Shown here: positions 32,246 to 49,608 of the stretch, piece by piece
Layout: each line of letters starts with the position of its first letter
How positions within the stretch are numbered: position 1 is the first letter of the stretch
DNA from: the human T2T-CHM13v2.0 reference genome, Homo sapiens
DNA: 64,000 nucleotides
Reading direction: 5' to 3' (one strand)
Assembly (NCBI RefSeq): GCF_009914755.1
Contig: NC_060926.1
Made by a program: the position numbers and the translations under genes
The notes under the pieces: generated by a model
The model's database searches: none
Told to the model about the DNA's origin: nothing
Seen by the model: only the letters and a program-made list of their open reading frames with translations

Positions 32246-32889
32246 GAAACCCAGTACCCATTTGCAGTCGTTCCATATTACCCTTCTCAACCCCCCACCC
32301 CTAACACAGCTTCTGGTTACCACTAATCTGCTTTCTGTCTCTGGATTTGTCTGTCTGGATATGTTATATATTCTTCATCTAGCATAATGTTTTCAAGATT
32401 CTCCATCCTATAGAATGCATCAGTACTTCATTTCTTATTACATTCTTATTATATTTCTTGAATAATATCCCATTGTATGAATATACCAAATTTCATTTAG
32501 TCTATTTATTTTTTAGTTTGTGGAATCTCAACATGGTTCTAAAAGTTAGAACTATACAAAAAGGTATAATCAGAGAAGTGTAACTTCCCCTCAATCCTTT
32601 ATCCTGTTCTTCCTCCTCCATTCTTCCCATCCTGGTCCCATCCGCTCTCTGCAGTTAGTTTCTGATGCATCCTTACTTTATTTCTTTTTGCAAAAATAAG
32701 ATCATGTATACTTTCTTATAAACCTTTCTTTTTCACATGAAAGGTAGCATACACTCAACACTTTTCTTGAACTTTAGAAAGCAAAATTTTAAAATTTGTG
32801 AGTTGTGATAGGAAAATTATAACTTGGTGTTAACTGGTTACTGTCTTATTCCTCAGAAGCCCTCACAGCCAACCAAAGCTGTTGTCATG

Positions 32890-33410
32890 GTCTAGTTCCC
32901 AGTTTAATTCAAGTTGACAAGTGTTGGTTGAACACTGATTACAAATGCTCAAGCCCTCGCTTCTGAATGGATTACAAAAATAAGGAAAGCAAAGTGCCTG
33001 CTTTCAAGGAATTTACAATCTAAACATGAACTACTAAAACTAGGAAAGACATGGTAAATTCAAAAAGGGGATTAAACAAAGAGCAATGGGCATTCAAAAA
33101 AGGGAAAAATTAGGAAAGGTATCACCTAGGAGGTGGCACTTGAGAAGGGTCTTGACAAAAACAGCTCAATTTTGACAGATGGAGATAGTAGGGGCAGTCC
33201 TCCAGAGTCCTCCAGAGGAAACAGCATAGGCTCTGAGACAGGAAAACACAGTGTATGCTTGGGGAACATCATTTTGACTGGAGTTTTGGGAAGTAGTGAG
33301 AGATAAGGCTGTAAGGATAGCTTGGAGAATATTTATAAGACCCTGAAGTCTTTATACTTAGTTGGATAGGCATTTGCATGCCATTGACATTTTTTAGAGC
33401 AAAAGAATCT
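32890..33410 (-). mobile_element. L2 fragment
   Basis: Degenerate L2 antisense motifs (cctgctttcaaggaatttacaatcta, aggaggtggcacttgag). Confidence 0.55.
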
Positions 33411-33499
33411 TTTCTTTTCGCCTCCTACCTTCAGGCCCTGGTGGGGCTACATCTACCATCAAGGTCTGGAAAATTTCAAGTGGTTGGATTACATCACTA

Positions 33500-34600
33500 A
33501 CTCCCTTGCTTAAAACCCTTTACTGGTTCCCACTGCACTTAGGATAATCAAAATTTCTTTCCAGGCTCTGCATGGTTTGCCTTCTAACTATCTTATTTCC
33601 TATCTTTCTTTCCCCCCACTTTGTTCAGTACATTCTGCTTCCATCAGCCTCCTCTCACTTCCTCAAACACAACCAGGGTCTCTTTGCTCTAGACCTTCCC
33701 TCTGCCCTGAACATTCTTTCCCAGCACTTTGCATCCATGGTACAATAGGCAGTTTCTAAGATGGCCCCACTCACCCCTGCCTCCTGGTATTCACACCTTT
33801 GTAGAATCCCCACCCCTTGAGTACGGGTTGGATTTAGTGACTCGCTTATAGTGAATAGAATGCAGTGAAAATGATGGGTTACTCGAAGAAGGCAGCTCCC
33901 ATTCAGGCTGCCCTCTCTCTCTCACCTTGCTGGCTTGCTCTGAGGGAAGTGCCTCCTACCTATTGTCAGCTGCCGAATGGACAGGCCCATATGACAAAGA
34001 ACTGATGTTTCTGGCCAACAGCCAGTGAGAACCCAGAGCCTGCCAATAGTCATGTGGGTGCAATTGGAAGCCCATTCTCCTGCAGGACAGCCTTGGGCTG
34101 ACTGGAGATCCAGCTAATACCCAGAATTTAGCCTCATGAGAAAGAAACCCTGAGCCAGACAAACCCAGGCAAGCCATGCTCTGATCACTGACCCACAGAA
34201 ACTGTGAGATAACAAATGCTTGTAATTTTAAGCTGCTACATTGTGGGATAAGTTGTTATGCAGCAATAGGTAACAAACATACATGGCCGGCTTGCTCTCA
34301 TCCTTCACCACTCAGCTCAAGCATCACCTTCTCAACAGCCTTTCCTAACCACCCTGGCTAAAGCAACTTTCTCCCTGTCTTGCTTCTTCCCCAAGTTACT
34401 TCCTAATATGGTGCCCGGTTTTCTTTCTTTCATAGCACTTATTACCATCTTTAATTCCTTTACTGTGTATTATCTGACATCCCACAACTGGAATGTAAAC
34501 TCCTAAAGGGTAGGGCACTGGACTGGCTAGTTCACTGCTCTAACCCCAATACCTAGAACAATACCTGGCTCAAGTACTTGGCGAGTACATGGAAGGGAGT
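33500..34600 (+). mobile_element. L2 3' fragment split by an MLT1 LTR
   Basis: ctcccttgcttaaaaccctt...; resumes after 34286 to ggaatgtaaactcc...cctagaacaatacctggc. Confidence 0.65.
33741..34281 (+). mobile_element. MLT1F-like MaLR solo LTR
   Basis: tctaagatggcccc...gacccacagaaactgtgagataacaaatg...ttgttatgcagcaatag; 5-bp TSD catgg. Confidence 0.8.
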
Positions 34601-35519
34601 AATGTTTCTGAATTACTTTCTCCAGAAATTTCCTGGTGTTCAGAAAAGCCAAATCCGATGAGGCGAGCATAATCTATGCTTTGATAAGAACCTTGACAGC
34701 CAACAAGTCCTGGGGCTGTTTTCAGGTTTTAGCACAAGGCCTGCTTTTATTTTTTGGATCAGGAAAGTTACTTGCCAGAGCCACAGAGCTAGCAAGTGTC
34801 ACAGCTGGGATTCAAACCAAGGTCTACCTGAGTTCAACGCCCAGATTGCCACAAAAAGAATATAAATAAATAAAATAAAAATACTTAAAGCAAAATAGAA
34901 GAAAGGAGACAATAATCAAGGAGATGGGGGAGGAGATGAAAACCACATACTGGTCCATGGACAATAGAAGTGGAAAAAACCTGGGACCTTGGGCTTGTTT
35001 AGAAGCCTCCTGGGTATGAGAAGGATCACATAGGGAGCAGCCTAACTGTGAGTGAGATGTGTCATGGTAGAAGCATTCACACTACCTTGGTGCCTGTTAC
35101 CAACCCCTGTAATACTGGAAATATTTGCATCTCTTTCACATGCAAGTGTCAAGTAATAATCCATAGATAACTTGCAAGCACTGCATGAATTCCACCTACG
35201 GCCATTGTTTGTCACACTATATCATAATACATATTTATCACAATATAGAACATCCTTATTCTATTTCTCCAGCTTTCAGCTGGACATTTATGTTTACAAT
35301 TATTCTTCTAGAAGCAAATAAAAGAGAGAAGAAACTAAAGGTGCTCCACATAGATAATTGTTACTGATGAAGACAATGACAAAAATGTTGGGGACATTTT
35401 TTCCTCAAATTTAATATAAATAGATTGAATTCAAACAGAATTTATTTAAAGATCACATGTGCATGCTACTCTGAGATGACCCATGTAGGGGAAAATTCTC
35501 AATTGTGGTATAAGGCTGA

Positions 35520-35880
<361 letters not shown>

Positions 35881-35925
35881 TGAATGTGCCCCATCCATAC
35901 TAGGCCTACTCTTTGCTCAGCCACC

Positions 35926-36008
35926 ATGGTGTCTTGAACTGGATGTGTCTTGAACTGGATAGCCATGGAGAACTATGGTGTCTTGAACTGGATAGCCACG
36001 GAGAACTA
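35926..36008. repeat. Nested short tandem duplication (16-nt core x3, 33-nt unit x2)
   Basis: gtgtcttgaactggat at 35929, 35945 and 35978. Confidence 0.9.
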
Positions 36009-39000
36009 CCTCAAAGACTTTCCCAGGCATGCACAAAATTCTGAATATCAGAATCACCACTGCCTTTTCATTCTTCATAGGCCATATCAAACCCAACACT
36101 TCATCCCACAGAGTTTTCCGTGGAAATGTCTCCCACACATGACCTTGCCTTTCCATTGACCTTTTACTTTGTCACACTTTAGCATGCCTCCAAACCATTT
36201 CCTCGGAATACCTTTCTGTTGCTCTCCATTTGTCCATATCAGAACCATTCTTAAATTTGCAGGGTTTTTTTCTTTCTTTTCTTTTCACATGACAGTTTTT
36301 ATTATTTTTATGCTGGAACTTGTATAATCAAGAGTTGTGCTCTTGAAGATAGTCAATCATCTTGGTTGAATTTACATGACTTTCTTTTTTTGAGAAGTTG
36401 TTTCAGAACATGCCTTTATTGTATTATTTCACACACCTTCAGCAGAACCTCATCTTGCTTCTTTTAGGGCAGCTTTGATTTCTCGAAATAGCCAAAATTC
36501 ATCTGAAATGAAATCTACCAGGTAGAACTGGTAAACCAAAGAGATACCTAGATTTTTTATGCTGATGGAGATGTGGCTTTGAAATGATAACACTGATTTT
36601 GTATTTGGATTTTGAACTGGCCTTAATGACTGCGAGATAAACATAATGGCAGACTTATTGGTTTATATGATTTATAGGTTTATAATTCCTGAGGTTGCTT
36701 TTTCTTTTCTTTCTCCCTCTCTTCTCCCTGAAGCTACTCAGGTCCTTCTCTTGCTGCTTCTCCTGCCTCTGGCATCTCAGCTAATGATATTACCCACCAG
36801 GAGACAACCTCTTCTGAAGGAAGATATTCTTCTTCCTTTGAGACCAGCCAAAAGACATAGTTATCCATTGAGTCACTAGCAGCTGCCTCAGCCCGTGCTA
36901 TCAATTCTTTTTCTGAATCCCCATCCTAGCTAAGTCCATACCTCAGAATGACTTACATGTCCTTAAACGTTTAGTTTACCAATTGTGTGTATATGGGCTA
37001 TTCCTTGCACTATGCTTGTCCCAGATTGCTGTGTGAAGAAAATTTGAAGGCCATGACATAGGGAGGTAGAGCTGATGCAGGGACTAGCAGTCTCCCTAAG
37101 TTGAGGAAATGAAGCTCAGAATATGTGAAGACCAAGGGGGCTAGAGTTTGCCAGACAGAGTACCAAAGAGAGAATTTCACAGAGAGACTACTCCAGAAAT
37201 TTTCAAAGGGTTCTCCTAAAGCATTTAGCTGAGCATTGATCAGCACATGCATGTGAAGGAACTGCCCAAGGTTGGGTAATGAACCATTTGAAAGGATTAG
37301 AGGTAACAGTGACTGCCATTCATACAGGGCTGGGAGTAGTCCCTCTTACCACCAGCCAGACTGAAAAAGTTTATGATTTACAGAGCATTGGCTCACATAC
37401 AGGGAAGGATGTTGTCTCAATAGTGGAATAATTAGCTACGAACTGAGCACTGGTCCAGTTCCACCTAACAAATCATGATAGCAAGGTCCAAAGTATTAAA
37501 CTGTTGCCAAGTAACTTAGCTACATGCCAGAACAAAGCTCAAGAATATTTATAGAAATCAAAAATATCCATCTCCCAACAAGGTGAAATTTACAATGTCT
37601 GGCATCCAATCAAAGATTGCCAGACATGGAAAGAAGCAGGAAAATATGTCTCATAGGAGGATTTTAAAAAAATCAATCAGAAATGAACCAGAACTGACAC
37701 AACTTTTAGAATCAGCAGTTGATAACATTACAACAGTTACTATAACTGCTTTCTATAGGCTCAAAGTTAACTAGAGACATGAAGATATAAAACCACCCAA
37801 GTTGAATTTATAGAGATGAAAACTATAATGTCTGAGATTAAAAATACACTGGATGCTATTAATGGCAGATTAGACATTGCTGGAAAAAAAGATTAGTGAA
37901 CTGAAAACCTAGCACTAAAAACTATCCAATGGAATACAGAGGGAAAAGTGAATTTATTAAAGAGAAAAGAAAATAAAAAGAACATTAGTAAGCTGTGGGA
38001 CAACTTAAAGGCTAATATACATTTAATTGGCATCTCTAGAGGAGGTGGGAAAGAAATTAGAAAGCTGAAAAAATTTGAAGATATAATGGCCAAAATTTTC
38101 TTATATTTTATGAAAACTATAAACCCACAGATCCAAGATTCTCAGTAACTGCCCAAAACAAGAAATATGAAAAAAACTGCACTAGGTCACATCATAATCA
38201 AATTGCTAAAAAAAAATTGATAAAAAAAGTCTTAAAAGCAGCTAGAGGGAAAAGACACATTACAGAGGAATATTTATTAGAATAACAGCAGATCTTATTG
38301 AAAATAAGATGAAATGACAATTAAAAAAATCTTTAAAGAATTATAAGGAAAGAACTGTCAACCTAGAATTCTTTACCCAGCAAAAGTATCTTTCAAACAT
38401 GAAGGACTTAGAGATAGAAAATAGATGAGTGTGACAAGATCTGTGGGGAGGGGAGAATGGGCAGTGGCTATCAATGAGTATAGGGTTTTGGGGGGATAAA
38501 TGTCCTGGAATTAGATAGTGATGATAGTAGTGCAACCTTGTGAACATACTAAAAGCCACTGAATTATACACTTTAAAAATGGTAAATTTTATGATATGAG
38601 TTATATTTCAATTTTTAAAAACTAAAAATGAAAAAAATAATAAAGACTTTTCCAGACATACAAAAGATGAAAGAATTTATCATGAACCAACCTGCATTGC
38701 AAGAAATGTTAAAGAAAATACTTCAAGCAGAGGAAAATGATACCAGATAGAAATATAGATCTATACAAAGGAAGGGAGTACATTAGAGACATTATACAGT
38801 AAATATATAACTTTTTATTATAATTTAAATATCTTTAAAAGACAACTTTTTAAATGAAAATAATGAAATAATAAAAATGCACGATGGGGTTTATACCACA
38901 TGTATTAGTAAAATGTATGACGACAATAGCATGGAGCAAGAAGTGACATCACTACATATTTTACAGATATTAAAAAATAATAAGGGAAGTTTATAAACTT

Positions 39001-39124
39001 CTTTATGCCAATAAAGTCAACAACTTAGAAGAAATAGTCGAATTCCTTGAGTGACACAAACTATCAAAGTTTACTCAAGAAGAAATAAATGATGCAAATA
39101 GCTCTATTTAAAAAATTGAGTTTG

Positions 39125-39428
<304 letters not shown>

Positions 39429-39687
39429 AATTATTAAAAATAGAATTTATAGTTAAAAACCTTCCCAAAATGAAGACTCCAGGCCCTGTAACTTCACTGA
39501 ATTCTACCAAATATGTAAGAAGTAAATAATATTGGGATTATACAAACTCATCCCTGATATCAAAACCAGAAAAAGACTTTACAGGAGAAGAAAACTGCAG
39601 AACAATATCCTTTATGAACATATACGCAAAATTTCTAAACAAAATCTTAGCAAATCAAATCCAACAATAAATAAAAAGGGTAATATT

Positions 39688-39935
39688 GAGAGGCTGAGGC
39701 TCACTTCAGGCCAGGAGTCTGGGGCCAGCTTGGGAAACATAGCAAGACCTGGTCTCTACAAAGTATAAAAAAATTAGCTGTGCATGGTGGTATGTGACTG
39801 TAGTCCCAGCTAGTTAGGAGTTTGAGGCAGGAGGATTGCTTGAGCTCAGGAGTTCAAGGTGGCAGTGAGCTATGATTGTGCTATGATCAGGCCACTGCAC
39901 TCCAGTCTGGAGTGAGACTCTTAAAAAAAAAAAAA
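39688..39935 (+). mobile_element. 5'-truncated AluJ
   Basis: TSD aaaaagggtaata. Confidence 0.85.
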
Positions 39936-40701
39936 GGGTAATACATTGTGAGCAAATGGGGTTTAGTTTATGCCAGGGATGCAGGTTGATGTAACATTTG
40001 AAAAATCAGTCAATGTTATTTGCCATATTAACAAACTAATAAAGAAAAGCCATATGATCATCTCAATAGACACAGGAGAAGCATTTGTGATAAAAACTCT
40101 CAGCAAAGGAGAAATTGATGGGAATTTCCACAGCCTGATAAAGGGCATCCAGAAAACCTACAGCTACCATCACACTTAATGGTGAAAGACTGCTTTCCAC
40201 TCTGTTCCTCACTATGCTAGAGGTTCTAGCCAGTGCAATAAGCAAGTAAAACAAATAAATGGCATCCAGATTGGTCAGGAAGAGGTAAAATTGTCTTTGA
40301 GATGACATCATAGTCTACATAGGGAATCCAATTCTATTGTGGGTTTAGAAAAAGTAAGCTTAGTTAGTCATAAGATGCAAGATCAATTTTTTTAAAATCT
40401 TATATATCCTGTAGTAAACAATGGGAAATTGATATAAAAGTTACCATTTACAATAATATTTTAAAAAATCAAATAGAGATATATCTGACAAAAGATACGA
40501 AACACCAGTACACTGAATACTATAAAACATTACTGAGAGAAATTTAAAAAATTTTAAAATATAGAGATATACTGTGTTGATGGGTCAGAAGACTCAATAT
40601 TGTTAAGATGTTATTTCTCCTAAAATTGGTCTATAGGTTTAATGCAATCTTAATAAAAATCAAAGCAAGTTTTTTAATGATAAAAATTGACAAGCTGATT
40701 C

Positions 40702-40998
<297 letters not shown>

Positions 40999-41606
40999 TG
41001 ATTCTAAAATTCATATGGAAATACAAAGGATCTGAAATAGTTAAAACATTTGAAAAAGTAGGACAAAGTTAGAGAACTAACACTACCTGATTTCAAAAAT
41101 TATTATAAAACTATAGTAATCAGGACAGTGTAGTATTGGCACAAAATCTGAAAAATAGATTAGTAAAACAGAATAGAGATACTAGCAATAAACCCAGGCA
41201 TATATGGACAACTGATTTTTTACAAAGGTACAGGCAATTTAGTGGAGAAAGGAAAGTCTTGTCATCGAATGGTGCTAAAACAATTGGAGATATTCACATG
41301 CAAAAACAAAACAAAACAAAAACCACTTCAATCCATACCTGTATCATATATAAAAATTTACTCAAAATAGACTTAGATCTAAAACTATAAAATTTCCAGA
41401 AAAAAACAAAGTAGATAATCTTTGTGATCTTGGCTTATATAAACATTTCTTAGGTATATTATCAAAAGTAGAATTCATTTTTTTAAAAAACCCAAATTAA
41501 TAAATTGGACTTAAAATTAAACACTTCTACTCTTTGGAAGACAATGTTGAGAGAATGAAAAGAGAAGCTACAGATCGAGAGAAAATATTTTAAAATCATG
41601 TATCTG

Positions 41607-41915
41607 GGCCAGGCACACTGGCTCATGCCTGTAATCCCAGCACTTTGGGAGGCTGAGGTGGGCAGATCACTTGAGGCCAGGAGTTTGAGACTAGCCTGGC
41701 TAACATGGCGAAACCCTATCTCTACTAAAAATACAAAAATTAGCCAGGTGTGGTGATGCATGCCTGTAGTCCCAGCTACTTGGGAGGTAAGGCATGAGAA
41801 TCACTTGAACCTGTGAGGTGGAGGTTGCAGTGAGCTGAGATCTATACTACACTCCAGCCTGGGTGACAGAGTAAGACTCCATCTCAAAAATAAATAAATA
41901 AATAAATAAATAAAA
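41607..41915 (+). mobile_element. AluS
   Basis: Dimer with (TAAA)n tail. Confidence 0.92.
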
Positions 41916-43448
41916 TATATGTCTGATATAAAAAGTTGTGGATCCAGAATGTATAAAATCTTTCAAAACTCAGTAATAAGCAAACCAACAACCCATGTAA
42001 AAGTCAGAAAACTATTTTAATAGACCCTTAGTTAAAGAAGACACATGGTGGGCAAATATACATCTAATAAGGTTTTCAACATCATTAGCCATTAGGAAAA
42101 TACAGATTAAAACCATAATGAGATACCATTACGTGCTCACTAGAATGGCTAAGATAAAAAAAACTCACTGTTCCTAGTGTTAGAACTCTCACACACTGCT
42201 GGTGGAACTATAAAATGAATATCCACTTTGGAAAAACCATTTGGCAGGTTTTATTTATTTTTTATTTTTAAAGTTAAACCTATCCCTACTGTGTGACCCA
42301 GCCATTCCCTTCCTGGGTATTTTCCCAAGAGAAAATAAAGCATATATCCAAACAAAGACTTGTATATGAATGTGCATAGCAGCTTTTTTTTTTTTTTATG
42401 TTTTAATTATTTTAATGGTACTTTTTCCCTGCATTTTGAACAAGGAGAATCCCATTTTCATTTTGCACTGGGCTCTGCAAATTATATAGCCAGAGAAAAT
42501 GCCCTTTGTTTTTTGGCTACATGGCTGCAGCTGCTATTTGGTTAATCTGCCCCTTATATTTGTAGGCTACTCAAGTTTTCTTTTCTCAAAAAGCAATCCA
42601 ATAAACCAATTTTGTATTTCTGCTAGAATATTTTCCAACTTCCTCCAGAGGTGAAGTGATGTTTGAAGCTAGGTCAGGTGCTTTTTTCCTTTTAACCCAG
42701 GTTTGCCCCATTTGAGTTAGCTTATGGAAATCCTTTTTACAGACCAATTAATTAGGTTAATAGAATAAGCTTTTTACTCAGCTGGATCTGAATGTGAATT
42801 CTGACTCCACTCTCTATTTGCAATGTCATCTTGAGCAAGTTACCTATCCTCCTTAAATCTGTTTGCCAAGCTCTACCCTCAGAGACTCTGAGGCAGTCTG
42901 ACTTTATAATCAATTGACTAAGTGCTTATATGTAGATAGTATGCATACTGCTACTTGGGATTTCCTGGATAGGATAATTTTTAATTTGCCTTTTTATCCT
43001 TTGAGTTCATGATTCTATGAAGTACACAAGCTCCTCAGGTCCTTGCTGTGTATATGCCTTAGAATGAGGTATTTTCTGTTTCCTATAAAAAGAGCCAAAT
43101 TCCTCATTAAGATGGGATCCTCAACAGCATGGTATGCAGGACAAAGCAAGTCTTTCTTAATCTGATCCAAATATCAGACAAAATGTGATATTATTATAAG
43201 GTTATAGATTTTCTTTTTTTTTTTTTTTTAATTTTTTTTTTTTATTATACTCTAAGTTTTAGGGTACATGTGCACATTGTGCAGGTTAGTTACATATGTA
43301 TACATGTGCCATGCTGGTGCGCTGCACCCACTAACTCATCATCTAGCCTTAGGTATATCTCCCAATGCTATCCCTCCCCCCTCCCCCGACCCCACCACAG
43401 TCCCCAGAGTGTGATATTCCCCTTCCTGTGTCCATGTGATCTCATTGT

Positions 43449-47300
<3,852 letters not shown>

Positions 47301-47339
47301 TCATTAGTTGATGCAGTTTCTTCCTAGTCTCGATGGTCT

Positions 47340-48356
47340 TTACATTTTGGCATGATTTTGCAGCGGCTGGTACCGGTTGTTCCTTTCCATGTTTAGCGCT
47401 TCCTTCAGGAGCTCTTTTAGGGCAGGCCTGGTGGTGACAAAATCTCTCAGCATTTGCTTGTCTATAAAGTATTTTATTTCTCCTTCACTTATGAAGCTTA
47501 GTTTGGCTGGATATGAAATTCTGGGTTGAAAATTCTTTTCTTTAAGAATGTTGAATATTGGCCCCCACTCTCTTCTGGCTTGTAGGGTTTCTGCCGAGAG
47601 ATCCGCTGTTAGTCTGATGGGCTTTCCTTTGAGGGTAACCTGACCTTTCTCTCTGGCTGCCCTTAACATTTTTTCCTTCATTTCAACTTTGGTGAATCTG
47701 ACAATTATGTGTCTTGGAGTTGCTCTTCTCGAGGAGTATCTTTGTGGCATTCTCTGTATTTCCTGAATCTGAACGTTGGCCTGCCTTGCTAGATTGGGGA
47801 AGTTCTCCTGGATAATATCCTGCAGAGTGTTTTCCAACTTGGTTCCATTCTCCACATCACTTTCAGGTACACCAATCAGACGTAGATTTGGTCTTTTCAC
47901 ATAGTCCCATATTTCTTGGAGGCTTTGCTCATTTCTTTTTATTCTTTTTTCTCTAAACTTCCCTTCTTGCTTCATTTCATTCATTTCATCTTCCATTGCT
48001 GATACCCTTTCTTCCAGTTGATCGCATCGGCTCCTGAGGCTTCTGCATTCTTCACATAGTTCTCGAGCCTTGGTTTTCAGCTCCATCAGCTCCTTTAAGC
48101 ACTTCTCTGTATTGGTTATTCTAGTTATACATTCTTCTAAATTTTTTTCAAAGTTTTCAACTTCTTTGCCTTTGGTTTGAATGTCCTCCCGTAGCTCAGA
48201 GTAATTTGATCGTCTGAAGCCTTCTTCTCTCAGCTCGTCAAAATCATTCTCCATCCAGCTTTGTTCTGTTGCTGGTGAGGAACTGCGTTCCTTTGGAGGA
48301 GGAGAGGCACTCTGCGTTTTAGAGTTTCCAGTTTTTCTGTTCTGTTTTTTCCCCAT
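47340..48356 (-). CDS. LINE-1 ORF1p (coiled coil, RRM, CTD), 338 aa, uninterrupted
   Basis: Canonical length; REKG, ARR and YPAKLS motifs present; 63-nt inter-ORF spacer. Confidence 0.98.
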   Translation of the reverse strand: MGKKQNRKTGNSKTQSASPPPKERSSSPATEQSWMENDFDELREEGFRRSNYSELREDIQTKGKEVENFEKNLEECITRITNTEKCLKELMELKTKARELCEECRSLRSRCDQLEERVSAMEDEMNEMKQEGKFREKRIKRNEQSLQEIWDYVKRPNLRLIGVPESDVENGTKLENTLQDIIQENFPNLARQANVQIQEIQRMPQRYSSRRATPRHIIVRFTKVEMKEKMLRAAREKGQVTLKGKPIRLTADLSAETLQARREWGPIFNILKEKNFQPRISYPAKLSFISEGEIKYFIDKQMLRDFVTTRPALKELLKEALNMERNNRYQPLQNHAKM

Positions 48357-49261
48357 CTTTGTGGTTTTATCTACTTTTGGTCTTTGATGATGGTGATGTA
48401 CAGATGGGTTTTCGGTGTAGATGTCCTTTCTGGTTGTTAGTTTTCCTTCTAACAGACAGGACCCTCAGCTGCAGGTCTGTTGGAATACCCTGCTGTGTGA
48501 GGTGTCAGTGTGCCCCTGCTGGGGGGTGCCTCCCAGTTAGGCTGCTTGGGGGTCAGGGGTCAGGGACCCACTTGAGGAGGCAGTCTGCCCGTTCTCAGAT
48601 CTCCAGCTGCGTGCTGGGAGAACCACTGCTCTCTTCAAAGCTGTCAGACAGGGACACTTAAGTCTGCAGAGGTTACTGCTGTCTTTTTGTTTGTCTGTGC
48701 CCTGCCCCCAGAGGTGGAGCCTACAGAGGCAGGCAGGCCTCCTTGAGCTGTGGTGGGCTCCACCCAGTTCGAGCTTCCCAGCTGCTTTGTTTACCTAAGC
48801 AAGCCTGGGCAATGGCGGGCGCCCCTCCCCCAGCCTCGTTGCCACCTTGCAGTTTGATCTCAGACTGCTGTGCTAGCAATCAGCTCGATTCCGTGGGCGT
48901 AGGACCCTCTGAGCCAGGTGTGGGATATAGTCTCGTGGTGCGCCGTTTCTTAAGCCGGTCTGAAAAGCGCAATATTCGGGTGGGAGTGACCCGATTTTCC
49001 AGGTGCGTCCGTCACCCCTTTCTTTGACTCGGAAAGGGAACTCCCTGACCCCTTGCGCTTCCCAGGTGAGGCAATGCCTCGCCCTGCTTCGGCTCGCGCA
49101 CAGTGCGCACACACACTGGCCTGCGCCCACTGTCTGGCACTCCCTAGTGAGATGAACCTGGTACCTCAGATGGAAATGCAGAAATCACCCGTCTTCTGCG
49201 TCGCTCACGCTGGGAGCTGTAGACCGGAGCTGTTCCTATTTGGCCATCTTGGCTCCTCCCC
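48357..49261 (-). promoter_or_regulatory. L1 5' UTR internal sense promoter and antisense promoter; YY1 site retained
   Basis: 905-nt CpG-rich UTR; CAAGATGGC near the 5' terminus. Confidence 0.9.
48812..49027 (+). CDS. LINE-1 antisense ORF0 (71 aa), intact
   Basis: MAGAPPPASLPPCSLISDCC...RCVRHPFL*; ATG at 48812; splice donors at 48918 and 49003. Confidence 0.85.
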   Translation: MAGAPPPASLPPCSLISDCCASNQLDSVGVGPSEPGVGYSLVVRRFLSRSEKRNIRVGVTRFSRCVRHPFL

Positions 49262-49289
49262 GCATAGCAGCTTTATTTGTGATAGCTAT

Positions 49290-49608
49290 TGTCAGTTTTG
49301 AACCCCAGCTGAGGCCCAAGGGGAATGGGTGGACGGGGGGCAGGGAGCTGGAAGAATACTCAAGAGACAGCAGGTAGATGGGACATGGCTTCATTCAGCC
49401 CCACTCTCACAGTATCAGTGCTGCATTTATATGCCTCACAGACAACAGTGGCTCAGAGCCAGGTGATGAGCTTTCTTATCTTATGGCTACATAGCTGTGA
49501 TTATATAATGTATGAAATTGTGCGCCTGTGCTCCAATCCTGCTGAGTCATGCAGGATGTTTGCCTCTGCCTATGCCTGCCTGGCTGCAGCACAGCCATGT
49601 TCCTTACA
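49290..49608 (-). mobile_element. ERVL solo LTR, LTR18A-like
   Basis: Minus strand TGTAAGGAACATGGCTGTGCTGCAGCC...GGGGTTCAAAACTGACA; TG..CA ends; TSD gctat/gccat; AP-1 site TGAGTCA at 49543-49549. Confidence 0.82.

Noticed and set aside
35926-36008. CRISPR-like repeat-spacer appearance
   Set aside because: The spacers are themselves duplicated or absent, the context is eukaryotic and there are no cas genes; it is a slippage duplication.
43195-43213. A TSD directly at the young L1's own poly(A) tail
   Set aside because: No match to the 5' flank at 49262 onward; the true TSD is at 42374-42386.
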